Below, one piece after another: positions 18,767-28,184 of a stretch of DNA of 48,911 nt. The notes beneath the pieces were generated by a model, which was not told the DNA's origin, ran no database searches, and saw only the letters and a program-made list of their open reading frames with translations. Position numbers and translations under genes: made by a program. This DNA is from Variovorax sp. (GTDB lineage Bacteria > Pseudomonadota > Gammaproteobacteria > Burkholderiales > Burkholderiaceae_C), in NCBI GenBank assembly GCA_043720775.1, contig JAYSRZ010000083.1:1-48911 (forward strand). The letters run 5' to 3'. Position 1 is the stretch's first letter. Each line of letters starts with the position of its first letter.

Positions 18767-20032
18767 ATGGAAGCATATTTGCTGGAATGGGCCAACCTGC
18801 TGTTGCGTTGGGTGCATGTCATCACCGCCATAGCTTGGATTGGCTCTTCGTTTTATTTCGTTTTTCTTGATAACAATCTTGAGAAACCCAAGTCGCCTGA
18901 CTTGCTGGAAAAAGGCGTGGATGGCGCGATCTGGGCGGTGCATGGCGGCGGCTTTTACAACCCGCAGAAATACCTCGTTGCGCCGAAAAAAATCCATACC
19001 AAGTTGCATTGGTTTTACTGGGAGAGCTATTCCACTTGGCTCACCGGTTTTGCGCTGTTTACGGTGCTTTATCTCTACAACGCCAGCACCTATTTGATTG
19101 ATAAATCGCTGATGGATTGGCAGCCGGGCGCAGCCATTAGCGTGGCGCTGGCTTTCCTCGTCGTCTTTTGGATGGTGTATGACTTGGTGTGCCAAGCCTT
19201 TGGCTTTCGGAAAAATGGTGAGCTGATCGTTGGCATTCTCATGATGGGTGTGGTGGCCTTCATGTGTTGGCTGGCTTGCCAATGGTTTGCGGGCAGGGCG
19301 GCTTATCTGCTCGTGGGCGCAGCGATTGCTACGGCCATGAGCGCCAATGTATTTTTCTGGATCATTCCGGGTCAGAAAAAAGTGGTGGCAGCGATGATGG
19401 AATCGAACAATGGCGGCGCGAAATACGATTCTGCTGCTTTAGCCATTCACGGCAAGCGCGGCAAGCAGCGCAGCGTTCACAACACGTATTTCACGCTGCC
19501 TGTGCTTTTTGCGATGCTGTCTAACCATTACAGCTTCATGTACACGCATGCGCACAACTGGCTGATTTTGTTTGCCATGATGGTCGGCGGCGCGCTGATT
19601 CGCCAATTCTTTGTGCAGCGCCATGGCTATCACTTAGGCAGAGCGAGCAACCCGTGGCCTTGGGCAGCGGTGGGCGTTTTTATTCTGGGCAGCGTGATCT
19701 TTGTGTTGCGGCCTAATACGGAAATTGCTACAAAATCAATAGCGCCTAGCGCAGTAGCTACGGGCGCTAATGCCTCAAAAGATATAAAAAATGCGCAGTT
19801 TGCAGAGCTCCAAGCGGTGCTCCAGGCGCGCTGCGTGCAATGCCATAACGCGCAAGTGCAAATGAAAAATGTGCGCCTTGATTCACCGGCAGCGATCAAA
19901 ATGCATGCGCAGGCGATTTACCAACAAGTCGTGATCACCAAGCAAATGCCAATGAATAACTCGACGCAGATTACGGATGCTGAGAGGGCGTTGGTAGGAG
20001 AGTGGTTTAAGGCGGGCGCGAAGGTGGAGTGA
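18767..20032 (+). CDS. puuD: Urate hydroxylase PuuD (membrane domain + cytochrome c)
   Basis: RWVHVITAIAWIGSSFYF, WAVHGGGFY, KQRSVHNTYFTLPVLFAMLSNHY, C-terminal CVQCH. Confidence 0.94.
   Translation: MEAYLLEWANLLLRWVHVITAIAWIGSSFYFVFLDNNLEKPKSPDLLEKGVDGAIWAVHGGGFYNPQKYLVAPKKIHTKLHWFYWESYSTWLTGFALFTVLYLYNASTYLIDKSLMDWQPGAAISVALAFLVVFWMVYDLVCQAFGFRKNGELIVGILMMGVVAFMCWLACQWFAGRAAYLLVGAAIATAMSANVFFWIIPGQKKVVAAMMESNNGGAKYDSAALAIHGKRGKQRSVHNTYFTLPVLFAMLSNHYSFMYTHAHNWLILFAMMVGGALIRQFFVQRHGYHLGRASNPWPWAAVGVFILGSVIFVLRPNTEIATKSIAPSAVATGANASKDIKNAQFAELQAVLQARCVQCHNAQVQMKNVRLDSPAAIKMHAQAIYQQVVITKQMPMNNSTQITDAERALVGEWFKAGAKVE
19727..19790 (+). repeat. 64-bp motif, copy 5 (in PuuD linker; ATKSIAPSAVATGANASKDIK)
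   Basis: gctacaaaatcaatagc-gccta-gcgc-agtagctacg-ggcgctaat-gcct-caaaa-gatataaaaa. Confidence 0.88.
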
Positions 20033-20102
20033 CTTTTCACACTTAACTCGTTTGACGCATAGATTTTCTCTGAGCTCGCCATCATCACGGCGCCCCCACC
20101 TC

Positions 20103-20322
20103 TGCTCGTGTCCCCCGCCGGCTTCGCCAGCTCCTCCTTTACCTCGCTGAGGTGGGTGCGCCGCGCTGATGGCTGCGAATAAAGGTCGAGTGGAAACTGT
20201 TGGAGCGCCACGTTGACCGCAAGATCGCGCTACCTGTGCGTTTTGCGTAGGTCAAGGAGGAGGCGGCGAACTTAGCTTGCCGGAGAAAAACAGCAGTCAA
20301 CGCCGCCGGGGGACACGGAGCA
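20103..20322. repeat. ~220-bp structured intergenic element with nested inverted repeats (MITE/REP-like)
   Basis: tgctcgtgtcccccg .. cgggggacacggagca outer arms; ctcctcctttacct .. aggtcaaggaggag inner arms; between convergent genes. Confidence 0.7.
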
Positions 20323-20375
20323 AAGCGCGCAGGTAGTGCGATCTCCCAGATACACAGGCGCGATAAGGCAATGCC

Positions 20376-21836
20376 TCAAACAGTAACCACACGCCTCGGA
20401 TTAAGCAGATTCTGCGGATCCAGCGCCAGCTTAATACTGCGCATCATCGAAAGCGCCACAGCCGATTTGTAATGCGGCAACTCATCGCGCTTTAAGCTGC
20501 CTATGCCATGCTCAGCGCTAATGCTGCCGCCATGTGAGAGCACGCTGTCGTACACAATTTTGTTGATCTGCGCTTCATGCTCTGCAAAGAAAAGCTTTGC
20601 ATCTGCGCTTTCCGGGCCTTGCACGTTGTAGTGCAAATTACCATCGCCGAGATGCCCGAAATTCACCAAGCGTACGCCTGAAACTGCGGTTTGAAGCAGG
20701 GCATCAGTGACATCGCAAAACGCAGGAATCTTTGATACTGGCAGAGAAATATCGTGTTTGATATTTGGCCCTTCTTGCACTTGCGCCAGAGGAATGCTCT
20801 CGCGGATATGCCATAGCGCTTTAGCTTGGGCAATGTTTTCTGATATCACCGCATCTGTGATGATCTCGGATTCAAGCGCTTGCTCCATGAGGGCCTCCAG
20901 CATTGCGCGGGCGTGAGACTCGTTTTCTGCGTCCGAGAGCTCTAAAAGCGCAGAGTAGGGCGCAGAGCTGCTGCTGCCCGGCCACATCGGCATTTTTTGC
21001 TGAGGAAAGTGTTTGACAACCAACGACAAAGCAAACTGACCCATGACTTCAAAGCCCGTCAAGCTGCTTGAGAGTTTTCTCTGCGCCAGGCTCAAGAACT
21101 TTGTGGCGGCTTCAAGCGAAGGCAAAGCCGCCCAAGCTGTGAGGCTTGCGGCGGGCAGAGGCACTAATTTCATTGTTGCTGCTGTGATGATGCCCAGCGT
21201 GCCTTCACTGCCAATCATCAAATGGCGCAAGTCGTAGCCCGTGTTGTCTTTGCGCAGGCCAGAAAGGCCTTCCAGAATCTCGCCATGCGCTGTAACGACT
21301 TCTAACCCCAAGCAAAGATCGCGGGTATTGCCAAAGCGCAGCACCTGTGTGCCGCCCGCATTCGTGCCTAAATTGCCGCCGATCGTGCAACTACCTTCAG
21401 CTGCGAGCGAGAGCGGAAAAAGAAAATCTGCATCGCGCGCAGCCTGTTGCACATTCTGCAAAATGCAACCCGCTTCAACTGTGATCGTGAGGTTTGCCGC
21501 ATCCAAAGCGCGCACGCGATTCATGCGCTGCAAACTGAGCACGACTTGTAGGCCCGAATCATCGGGCGTGGAGCCGAGCACTAAGCCGGTGTTGCCGCCC
21601 TGCGGCACGATGCTTAAGGCCAAGCCCTGCGCACGAGCGGCCGCGCAAGCTTTCACCACCGCAGCCACCTCAGCAGTGGTGCTAGGCCGCGCCACGCAGA
21701 GCGCCTGACCGCGCTCCCTGCCGCGCCAATCACTTTCATAGATTGCCAGTGCATCGGGCGTCTCGGCGGTCAGCACGTGCGCCGCGCCAATCAAGTCGCT
21801 CAGAGTTTGAAGGAATGCAAGTGGGGTGAGATTCAT
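20376..21836 (-). CDS. FAD-linked oxidase, D-2-hydroxyacid dehydrogenase (GlcD/D2HGDH-like)
   Basis: PQGGNTGL, TIGGNLGTNAGG, LRKDNTGYDL, GSEGTLG, FGHLGDGNLH, SAEHGIG. Confidence 0.92.
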   Translation of the reverse strand: MNLTPLAFLQTLSDLIGAAHVLTAETPDALAIYESDWRGRERGQALCVARPSTTAEVAAVVKACAAARAQGLALSIVPQGGNTGLVLGSTPDDSGLQVVLSLQRMNRVRALDAANLTITVEAGCILQNVQQAARDADFLFPLSLAAEGSCTIGGNLGTNAGGTQVLRFGNTRDLCLGLEVVTAHGEILEGLSGLRKDNTGYDLRHLMIGSEGTLGIITAATMKLVPLPAASLTAWAALPSLEAATKFLSLAQRKLSSSLTGFEVMGQFALSLVVKHFPQQKMPMWPGSSSSAPYSALLELSDAENESHARAMLEALMEQALESEIITDAVISENIAQAKALWHIRESIPLAQVQEGPNIKHDISLPVSKIPAFCDVTDALLQTAVSGVRLVNFGHLGDGNLHYNVQGPESADAKLFFAEHEAQINKIVYDSVLSHGGSISAEHGIGSLKRDELPHYKSAVALSMMRSIKLALDPQNLLNPRRVVTV

Positions 21837-21843
21837 GACGATG

Positions 21844-21907
21844 ACTATCAAAAAGTGAGCGCTCCACGCAGGTTCTGTATGGCCTAAATGCGAAAAATGT
21901 TTAAAAA
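21844..21907 (+). repeat. 64-bp motif, copy 6 (intergenic)
   Basis: actatcaaaaagtgagc-gctcc-acgc-aggttctgta-tggcctaaa-tgcg-aaaaa-tgtttaaaaa. Confidence 0.7.
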
Positions 21908-21913
21908 TAAACG

Positions 21914-22630
21914 CTATTGCAGCGGGCAGAGTAATGCAGTGAGTTCAACTAACGAAGCGATTTCAAGCGTCGGCTGTTTGTATGCATCAGGCCACAACTT
22001 GCCCTGCCGATTGAGCCATACCGCTTGCATGCCCGCATCAATCGCGCCCACCACATCTGCCGCTGCATCATCGCCCACATGCAACACTTCATGCGGCGCA
22101 ACGCCTGCTAATCGCGCTGCTTCATGAAATATTCGTCCGTCAGGTTTGGCCACGCCAAAACACGTGGCGCTAACTGAGGCTTTGAAATAAGTGCTAAGGC
22201 CTACTGAATCGAGCTGCGCATTGCCATTCGACAGCGAAACAAGTGCATAGAGCTTTGCGAGCGTTTGAATCGCAGGCATCGCGTCGTCGTAGTAAACCAC
22301 GCGGTTGCGCTCTGCAAAAAACACCTTGAACGCCTCATCAGCCAGAAGCGGATCATCGCCCGCGCGATACAGCGCCAACCGAATAGATTCTCTGCGGATC
22401 GCGCTCAGATCATGCGCAATCTCAGGCCTAGTTTTGAGGATCACATCATGCATGTGCTGCCTAATCTCTTGCAGCGCTGTTGGTGAGGCAAAGAGAGCTG
22501 CTGTCATCGGCGCATGCTCGCCGAGCCAATCAATGAGCGCTTTTTCTGCGCGCTCAATCACGGGCCAGATCGGCCACAGCGTGTCGTCTAAATCGAAGGA
22601 TATTGCGCGGATTTTTGAAACTTGAAGCAT
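21914..22630 (-). CDS. HAD-family hydrolase (YigB-like)
   Basis: ISFDLDDTLW, SNGN, KPD..IF, HVGDD..DVVGA. Confidence 0.92.
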   Translation of the reverse strand: MLQVSKIRAISFDLDDTLWPIWPVIERAEKALIDWLGEHAPMTAALFASPTALQEIRQHMHDVILKTRPEIAHDLSAIRRESIRLALYRAGDDPLLADEAFKVFFAERNRVVYYDDAMPAIQTLAKLYALVSLSNGNAQLDSVGLSTYFKASVSATCFGVAKPDGRIFHEAARLAGVAPHEVLHVGDDAAADVVGAIDAGMQAVWLNRQGKLWPDAYKQPTLEIASLVELTALLCPLQ

Positions 22631-22649
22631 AGCCCTGCGAGAATAACGC

Positions 22650-23774
22650 ATGGCCTTCACAAAAGAACCCGCGTATGCCCACGGCAGCGCAAATCAATAC
22701 CAATCGACCACCGCAATTCTGCTTTGCAACCTCGGCACGCCTGACGCGCCCACCGCAAAAGCGCTGCGCAGCTACCTGGGGGAATTTTTAAGTGACCATC
22801 GCGTCGTAGAAATCCCCAAGCCGATTTGGTGGCTCATTCTGCACGGCATCATCCTGCGTTTTCGCCCGGCGAAATCTGCGAAGAAATACGAAAGCATTTG
22901 GATCGCGCCCGATAAAGAAGGCCGGGGCGGCGGCTCGCCGCTCAAGGTGTGGAGCGATAAAAATGCGCTGTTGTTGCAAGGCAGCCTCGCGCAGCGCGGC
23001 CATCGGGTGCGTGTATTGCTGGGCATGCGCTACGGCAACCCCAGCATTTCAAGCCAATTGCAGGGATTGAAAGCCGAGGGCTTCAAACGTATCCTCATCT
23101 TGCCGCTCTACCCGCAATACAGCGGCCCCACCACAGCCAGCGTGTTTGATGCCGTGTACACATGGGCTGCGCAAACGCGCACCGTGCCCGAGCTGCGCTT
23201 TGTGAATCATTATCACGATCATCCTGCTTTCATTGAAGCCTTGGTGCAGCGTGTGCGAGGGCATTGGCTTGCCTTTGGCCGGGCAGACAAACTGGTGATG
23301 AGTTTCCACGGCGTGCCCGAGCGCACTTTGCAGTTGGGCGACATCTATCATTGCGAATGCCATAAAACGGCGCGCTTGCTGGCTGAGCGATTAGGCCTCA
23401 CGAAAGATCAATACAAAGTCACTTTCCAATCGCGCTTTGGCAAAGCCAAATGGCTGGAGCCCTACACCGAACCCACGCTGATCGAGATGGCAAAAGGCGG
23501 CCTGAAAAGTGTGGAAGTGATGTGCCCCGGTTTTCCGGTCGATTGCTTGGAGACACTGGAAGAAATCTCGATGGAAGCCAAGGAGGCCTTCCTGCACGCT
23601 GGCGGCAAAGAATTTAGCTACATCCCATGTCTGAATGATTCACAGTCTTGGATTACCGCTCTTGCTGATGTAGCCGAGCAGCATTTGAGTGGTTGGGATA
23701 CGAAAAGCGCGCCGAATGCGCAAGAGCTTGCGCTGCAAAAGCAAATTGCTGCAAGCATGGGCTCAAAGAGTTGA
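22650..23774 (+). CDS. hemH: Ferrochelatase
   Basis: NLGTPDAP, MRYGNP, PLYPQYS, SFHGVP, FQSRFG..WLEP, DCLETLEE, IPCLN. Confidence 0.97.
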   Translation: MAFTKEPAYAHGSANQYQSTTAILLCNLGTPDAPTAKALRSYLGEFLSDHRVVEIPKPIWWLILHGIILRFRPAKSAKKYESIWIAPDKEGRGGGSPLKVWSDKNALLLQGSLAQRGHRVRVLLGMRYGNPSISSQLQGLKAEGFKRILILPLYPQYSGPTTASVFDAVYTWAAQTRTVPELRFVNHYHDHPAFIEALVQRVRGHWLAFGRADKLVMSFHGVPERTLQLGDIYHCECHKTARLLAERLGLTKDQYKVTFQSRFGKAKWLEPYTEPTLIEMAKGGLKSVEVMCPGFPVDCLETLEEISMEAKEAFLHAGGKEFSYIPCLNDSQSWITALADVAEQHLSGWDTKSAPNAQELALQKQIAASMGSKS

Positions 23775-23808
23775 AGAATTGCCCTAAGAAAAAGTCCTGA
23801 GCGCAAAC

Positions 23809-23895
23809 AAAAAAGCCCTGAGTCTTTTGCGAATCAGGGCTTTTAAACATTGGTGCCGGAGAGATGAATTGAACACCCGACCTTCTCATTACGAA
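23809..23895. repeat. Distal att site: 87-bp direct repeat (tRNA-Thr 3' half plus terminator)
   Basis: Identical to 26983-27069 except 2 nt; identity ends at the anticodon loop. Confidence 0.95.
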
Positions 23896-24409
23896 GGTGG
23901 CTTCGCTCTTAAAAGCACTATTTTTCACTCGCAGCGTACTCGACGTTTTGAATAATTTATTCACGTTGGAGTTACGTTATGGATTCACGATTTAGTTCTC
24001 AAGTACATCATGCTGTTCAGGCTGTACCGTGTTGGTTGAAGCTTTCTTTTGAGTGGTCAGTTCGCTGGTCGCTTTACGGTACGCCAAGATTACCGTTGTT
24101 TTTTCGCAGCATTCCTCTTTTTGTGTTGTCGCCTTTAGTGAGCTGGTGTCTTCGCTGCGGGCGAAGGGGGTATGGGGGTCTCCCCCATGTCAACGCACAG
24201 ATGAGTGCTGGCCGTTTCCGGCGCATAGAAGCGGTTGCGACTCATCCGGCGCGTGCTTTGTCTGCTACGCCCTCCGGGGGGTGCTGCCTTGTCACTGACG
24301 GTAGTCCCGCGCGTGATGAGGTCGCGTTGTACAAGACTTGCCCGCGCCATGATGACGTTGTGCCTTTGAGCGCCAACACGCCTGCTGAAACGTTGTGCGG
24401 GGCGCGTGC

Positions 24410-24619
24410 ATGAAGCTAAAAGCTACTATTCCGTTTCAAAGTCCGGCCGCTAAACCCATGATCTTGGGGATCGCTGATCGGCTTTCACAAGAGCCTTTGC
24501 TGAGAATGCTTGGCCCTAAATTCAAAGTAATCGTTGATGTTGACTCTGAGCGCAAAAGAGTCACCTACTCATTCCGCGCTCCTGATCACTTCGATTCTGA
24601 CGATAAATTGTCAGATTAA
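24410..24619 (+). CDS. Small hypothetical protein of the integrative element
   Basis: MKLKATIPFQSPAAKPMILGIADRL..; co-oriented with rep/int; no recognised family. Confidence 0.4.
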   Translation: MKLKATIPFQSPAAKPMILGIADRLSQEPLLRMLGPKFKVIVDVDSERKRVTYSFRAPDHFDSDDKLSD

Positions 24620-24829
24620 CTTTGAAGTCTCTGAGTGGTTCGTGATAACATTTGTTCGAGTGTGTCGAAAGCAACTAACCCTTAGGCAAGGGACGACACT
24701 GAAATTGCTAGTCAACACATGATGATGTTGGCGAATGTACTCAAGCTCATGCTGTTGCGAATCCCCCTTTCTTTGGGTTCGCTATTTGTTTTTTCAACTT
24801 AAAGCGAACCCCAACATTTTGGAGTTCGT

Positions 24830-25969
24830 GTGTTTATTTCTAATCAAAACAGCGCAGGCGCGGCAGACTGGCTGAGCCAACGGCCAGCCTTGGCGGCCGC
24901 GTCGGAGCTGCCCCGTATAGTAACTACGGGGCGAAAGATCAACCAACACCGTTCGTTTAGAGTTGAAGGCATCGACCAAGACTCAGGCGACCAGATTTGC
25001 TCCTATCAGATGGGCTCTCAGCGCGTCTACAAGCAGTTTTTAAACTCGGTTGATGGTGCTCCTGCATCCTCGGCGTTTATTGATGCTGTGGCCTTCTCAG
25101 TGCGTCCTCCTGATGAACAATCGTACCTTTGGGTTCTCGAACAATTGAAGCAATTCATTCCTATCGAATCAATTGAACATCGTCGCGGACTTCATGGCTT
25201 TAAGTTTTCACTTCGTATTAATGGAAATCACGGAGCGATTGCATGGGGCGGTGACAATCAAAACGGCATTGTGTACGTGAGCCTTATGGGTCAAGCCTGT
25301 GCCATGGTGCGCGATTGGTTTGCGTTTCAATCGTGGCTAGAGACTCATCGCGCAGTTATCAAACGAGCTGATGCAGCGCATGACGATCATGAGGGTAAAT
25401 TCATTAGCATTGATTGGGCAATTGCTCAGTATGACGCGGATGGTTTTAATGCGGGTGGTCGAAAGCCAAAGCACAGGTGTATTGGTGATTGGCTTGATGG
25501 AAACAAAGCTGCTGAAGGCTTGACTCTTTACATTGGCAGGCGAGGCTCAGGCAAGATGGCTCGCATTTATCAAAAGGGTAAACAACTTGGTGATGCATCG
25601 AGTTCTTGGACAAGGATCGAGGTTGAGTGGACTTCACAAGATCGCGTTATTCATTACGACATTCTCACCAACCCCGGCAAGTATCTCGCTGGAGCATATC
25701 CATGCACAGGTTTTCTTAATCAAGAGCAAGACGTAATTAAGACGATTAGAAAATCTGCACAGATCGTATTTGATCATGCAGTTGAAAACGCAAAGCAGCA
25801 TGTCGGCAAGCTGGTCAACGTCATGCTTAAAGTTTTCAGCGGCGATTATGCGGAGGTCGTAACGCGTCTTATCCGTGACGGCGTGCCTGCTCGCATAGAA
25901 CCCTACAGCTATCACATTCGAGACAATCCTTCGATGCTTGATCCTCAAATGAGAGAGGCCTTCGCATGA
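24830..25969 (+). CDS. Rep_trans-family rolling-circle replication initiator / relaxase (start uncertain)
   Basis: VYVSLMGQAC, IKRADAAHD, TLYIGRRGSGKMARIYQKG (candidate catalytic Tyr), WTRIEVE. Confidence 0.88.
   Translation: MFISNQNSAGAADWLSQRPALAAASELPRIVTTGRKINQHRSFRVEGIDQDSGDQICSYQMGSQRVYKQFLNSVDGAPASSAFIDAVAFSVRPPDEQSYLWVLEQLKQFIPIESIEHRRGLHGFKFSLRINGNHGAIAWGGDNQNGIVYVSLMGQACAMVRDWFAFQSWLETHRAVIKRADAAHDDHEGKFISIDWAIAQYDADGFNAGGRKPKHRCIGDWLDGNKAAEGLTLYIGRRGSGKMARIYQKGKQLGDASSSWTRIEVEWTSQDRVIHYDILTNPGKYLAGAYPCTGFLNQEQDVIKTIRKSAQIVFDHAVENAKQHVGKLVNVMLKVFSGDYAEVVTRLIRDGVPARIEPYSYHIRDNPSMLDPQMREAFA
24910..24932 (+). other. Candidate double-strand origin (nick-site hairpin)
   Basis: Perfect hairpin gccccgta-tagtaac-tacggggc at the 5' end of rep; Rep_trans origins often lie there. 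Confidence 0.55.
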
Positions 25970-26976
25970 GCCTTTATAAACGAGAAGATTCACCCTATTG
26001 GTGGATGACATTACCAAAGATACCCGGCGAGAAAACATCGCCAAAGCGATCAACACGCACAGCCAATAAAAAACAAGCTCAGAAGATGTATGACAAACTT
26101 GTTGCACAGCGCTGGGAGATGGCGACAGGAATCAAAACATCCGACCACACATGGGACGAAGCAGTTGAGCGCTACATTCGCGAGAGCCAACACAAGCGCA
26201 CACTTGCTAATGATCACAGCATTTTGAAGTGGTTTTATCCAAAACTAGCGGGGAAAGCTCTCAAAGACATCACAAAGCCTGTGATAGACGAGATTGCGCG
26301 TAAATGTGCTCAGGGTGTCCGGCCAAGTTCTGCTAATCGCAAGATGGCTCTTGTGCGTGTCATCCTTCGAAAGGCTTGCCACGATTGGGAGTGGTTGGAG
26401 CGAGTGCCTAAAGTTCCTATGCTTAAAGACGATTCAGAGCGTATCCGATCATTGTCACTTGAGGAGTTCAACGGCTTAAAAAAACAGCTCCCGCTTCATT
26501 TGCAAGACATGGTTATTTTTTCTGTCGCTACTGGGTTGCGCCAGGCCAACGTCAAAAATTGTGAGTGGCAATGGATAACACCTGATTGCAAATACTTGAC
26601 AGTGCCCGCTGCTCAATTTAAGACTGGAAGGGTTCACACCATACCTCTTAGCGAACACGCAAAAGAGGTGTTATTCAGGCGAAAAGGTGAACACCCCACG
26701 CACGTGTTTACTTACGATGGAAAGCCAGTGGTACAGGTCAATACAAAAGCATGGCGCAATGCTTTGACGCGTGCTGGTATTGATGATTTTCGGTGGCACG
26801 ATTTGCGCCACACATTTGCAACATGGCATCGTTTGAACGGCACGGTCACACACGAATTAAAAGCGCTGGGTGGCTGGAAGAGTTCGGAAATGGCGGAGCG
26901 ATATGCACATGTTGCACCAGAACACTTGCTAAATGCAGCTACAAGGCTTGATAATATGATGTCGATTACGCTATGA
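25966..26976 (+). CDS. Tyrosine recombinase / phage integrase
   Basis: TGLRQAN, FRWHDLRHT, LGGWKS, ERYAH; ATGA overlap with rep; adjacent to the att site. Confidence 0.95.
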   Translation: MSLYKREDSPYWWMTLPKIPGEKTSPKRSTRTANKKQAQKMYDKLVAQRWEMATGIKTSDHTWDEAVERYIRESQHKRTLANDHSILKWFYPKLAGKALKDITKPVIDEIARKCAQGVRPSSANRKMALVRVILRKACHDWEWLERVPKVPMLKDDSERIRSLSLEEFNGLKKQLPLHLQDMVIFSVATGLRQANVKNCEWQWITPDCKYLTVPAAQFKTGRVHTIPLSEHAKEVLFRRKGEHPTHVFTYDGKPVVQVNTKAWRNALTRAGIDDFRWHDLRHTFATWHRLNGTVTHELKALGGWKSSEMAERYAHVAPEHLLNAATRLDNMMSITL

Positions 26977-26982
26977 GGACAG

Positions 26983-27017
26983 AAAAAAGCCCTGAGTCTT
27001 TTGCGAATCAGGGCTTT
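26983..27017. terminator. Bidirectional intrinsic terminator (duplicated at 23809-23843)
   Basis: aaaaaagccctga-gtcttttgcgaa-tcagggctttt. Confidence 0.75.
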
Positions 27018-27024
27018 TAAACAT

Positions 27025-27100
27025 TGGTGCCGGAAAGATGAATCGAACACCCGACCTTCTCATTACGAATGAGCTGCTCTACCGACTGAGCTACACCGGC
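27025..27100 (-). tRNA. tRNA-Thr (CGT)
   Basis: GCCGGTGTAGCTCAGTCGGTAGAGCAGCTCATTCGTAATGAGAAGGTCGGGTGTTCGATTCATCTTTCCGGCACCA; 76-nt cloverleaf, encoded CCA. Confidence 0.96.
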
Positions 27101-27121
27101 ATAACCGTAAATTATAGCTGA

Positions 27122-28162
27122 CTACTTTGCCTCGGCGTGATAGCGAGTAGCGCGCTCGACCTCGTTTTTACTTCCCAAAATCACGCTGACCCTCTCATGC
27201 AGCTTCATTGGCTTGATATCCATGATGCGCTGAGCGCCATTGGTGGCTGCGCCGCCGGCTTGCTCAACCAGCCAGCTCATCGGGTTGGCTTCATACATCA
27301 GGCGCAGCTTGCCGGCTTTGCCGGGCTCGCGCTTATCCCAAGGGTATAAAAACACGCCGCCGCGCGTCAAAATGCGATGCACATCGGCCACCATCGCAGC
27401 GATCCAGCGCATGTTGAAATCTTTGCCGCGAGGGCCATCTTTTCCTTCTAGGCATTCATCGATGTAGCGGCGCACGGGCGGAGCCCAATGGCGCATATTG
27501 CTCATGTTGATGGCAAATTCTTGTGTGTCTTCGGGGATGCGCACGTTGTCTTCCGTCATCACGAAGCTGCCTTGCTCGCGATCCAGCGTAAACATGACCA
27601 CGCCATCGCCCACCGTGAGCACCAGCGTGGTTTGCGGGCCGTAGATGCAGTAGCCTGCGGCGACTTGTCTTGAGCCGGCTTGGAGGAAATCTTGCTCTGT
27701 GACTGCATTTGATCCCTCGGGCTTTTTCAGCACGCTGAAGATCGTGCCGATGCTCACATTGATGTCAATATTCGATGAGCCATCGAGAGGATCAAACAGC
27801 AGCAAATATTCGCCTTGCGGATAACGGTTGGGCACGACGTAGATGCTGTCCATCTCCTCGCTGGCCATGGCTGCGAGATGGCCACCCCATTCATTGGCTT
27901 CGATCAAGACTTCGTTGGCAATGATGTCGAGCTTTTTTTGCATCTCGCCTTGGATGTTTTCTGTGTTGTTGTCCGCCGCGCCGAGCACGCCACCCAATGC
28001 GCCTTTGTTGACGGCATGGCTGATGCTCTTGCAGGCTCTGGCGACGATTTCTAGCAGCAGCCGCAGCTTTGGGGGAATATTGCCGGTTGGCGCTGCGTCG
28101 CTTTTGCTTTCGCGTTGCTTTTCTAGGAGATAGCGGGAGAGGGAGATGGGTTTATTGGACAT
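27122..28162 (-). CDS. fbp: Fructose-1,6-bisphosphatase class 1
   Basis: [30 protein letters not shown]. Confidence 0.97.
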   Translation of the reverse strand: MSNKPISLSRYLLEKQRESKSDAAPTGNIPPKLRLLLEIVARACKSISHAVNKGALGGVLGAADNNTENIQGEMQKKLDIIANEVLIEANEWGGHLAAMASEEMDSIYVVPNRYPQGEYLLLFDPLDGSSNIDINVSIGTIFSVLKKPEGSNAVTEQDFLQAGSRQVAAGYCIYGPQTTLVLTVGDGVVMFTLDREQGSFVMTEDNVRIPEDTQEFAINMSNMRHWAPPVRRYIDECLEGKDGPRGKDFNMRWIAAMVADVHRILTRGGVFLYPWDKREPGKAGKLRLMYEANPMSWLVEQAGGAATNGAQRIMDIKPMKLHERVSVILGSKNEVERATRYHAEAK

Positions 28163-28184
28163 ATTCTTGCTTGGGTAGACTTTT

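Larger units (their letters stand above)
23809..27069. mobile_element. Minimal integrative element (Rep_trans + tyrosine integrase) in tRNA-Thr(CGT)
   Basis: 87-bp direct repeats flank 3087 bp encoding Rep_trans, an integrase and small ORFs; AT-richer than the flanks. Confidence 0.9.

Noticed and set aside
23979-24413. 144-aa and 81-aa overlapping ORFs in the mini element
   Set aside because: No recognisable motifs and they overlap a hairpin-rich tract. A GGAG precedes 23979, so a real or frameshifted gene is not excluded.
23896-26982. Complete filamentous prophage
   Set aside because: No Zot/pI ATPase or small hydrophobic coat genes; too short
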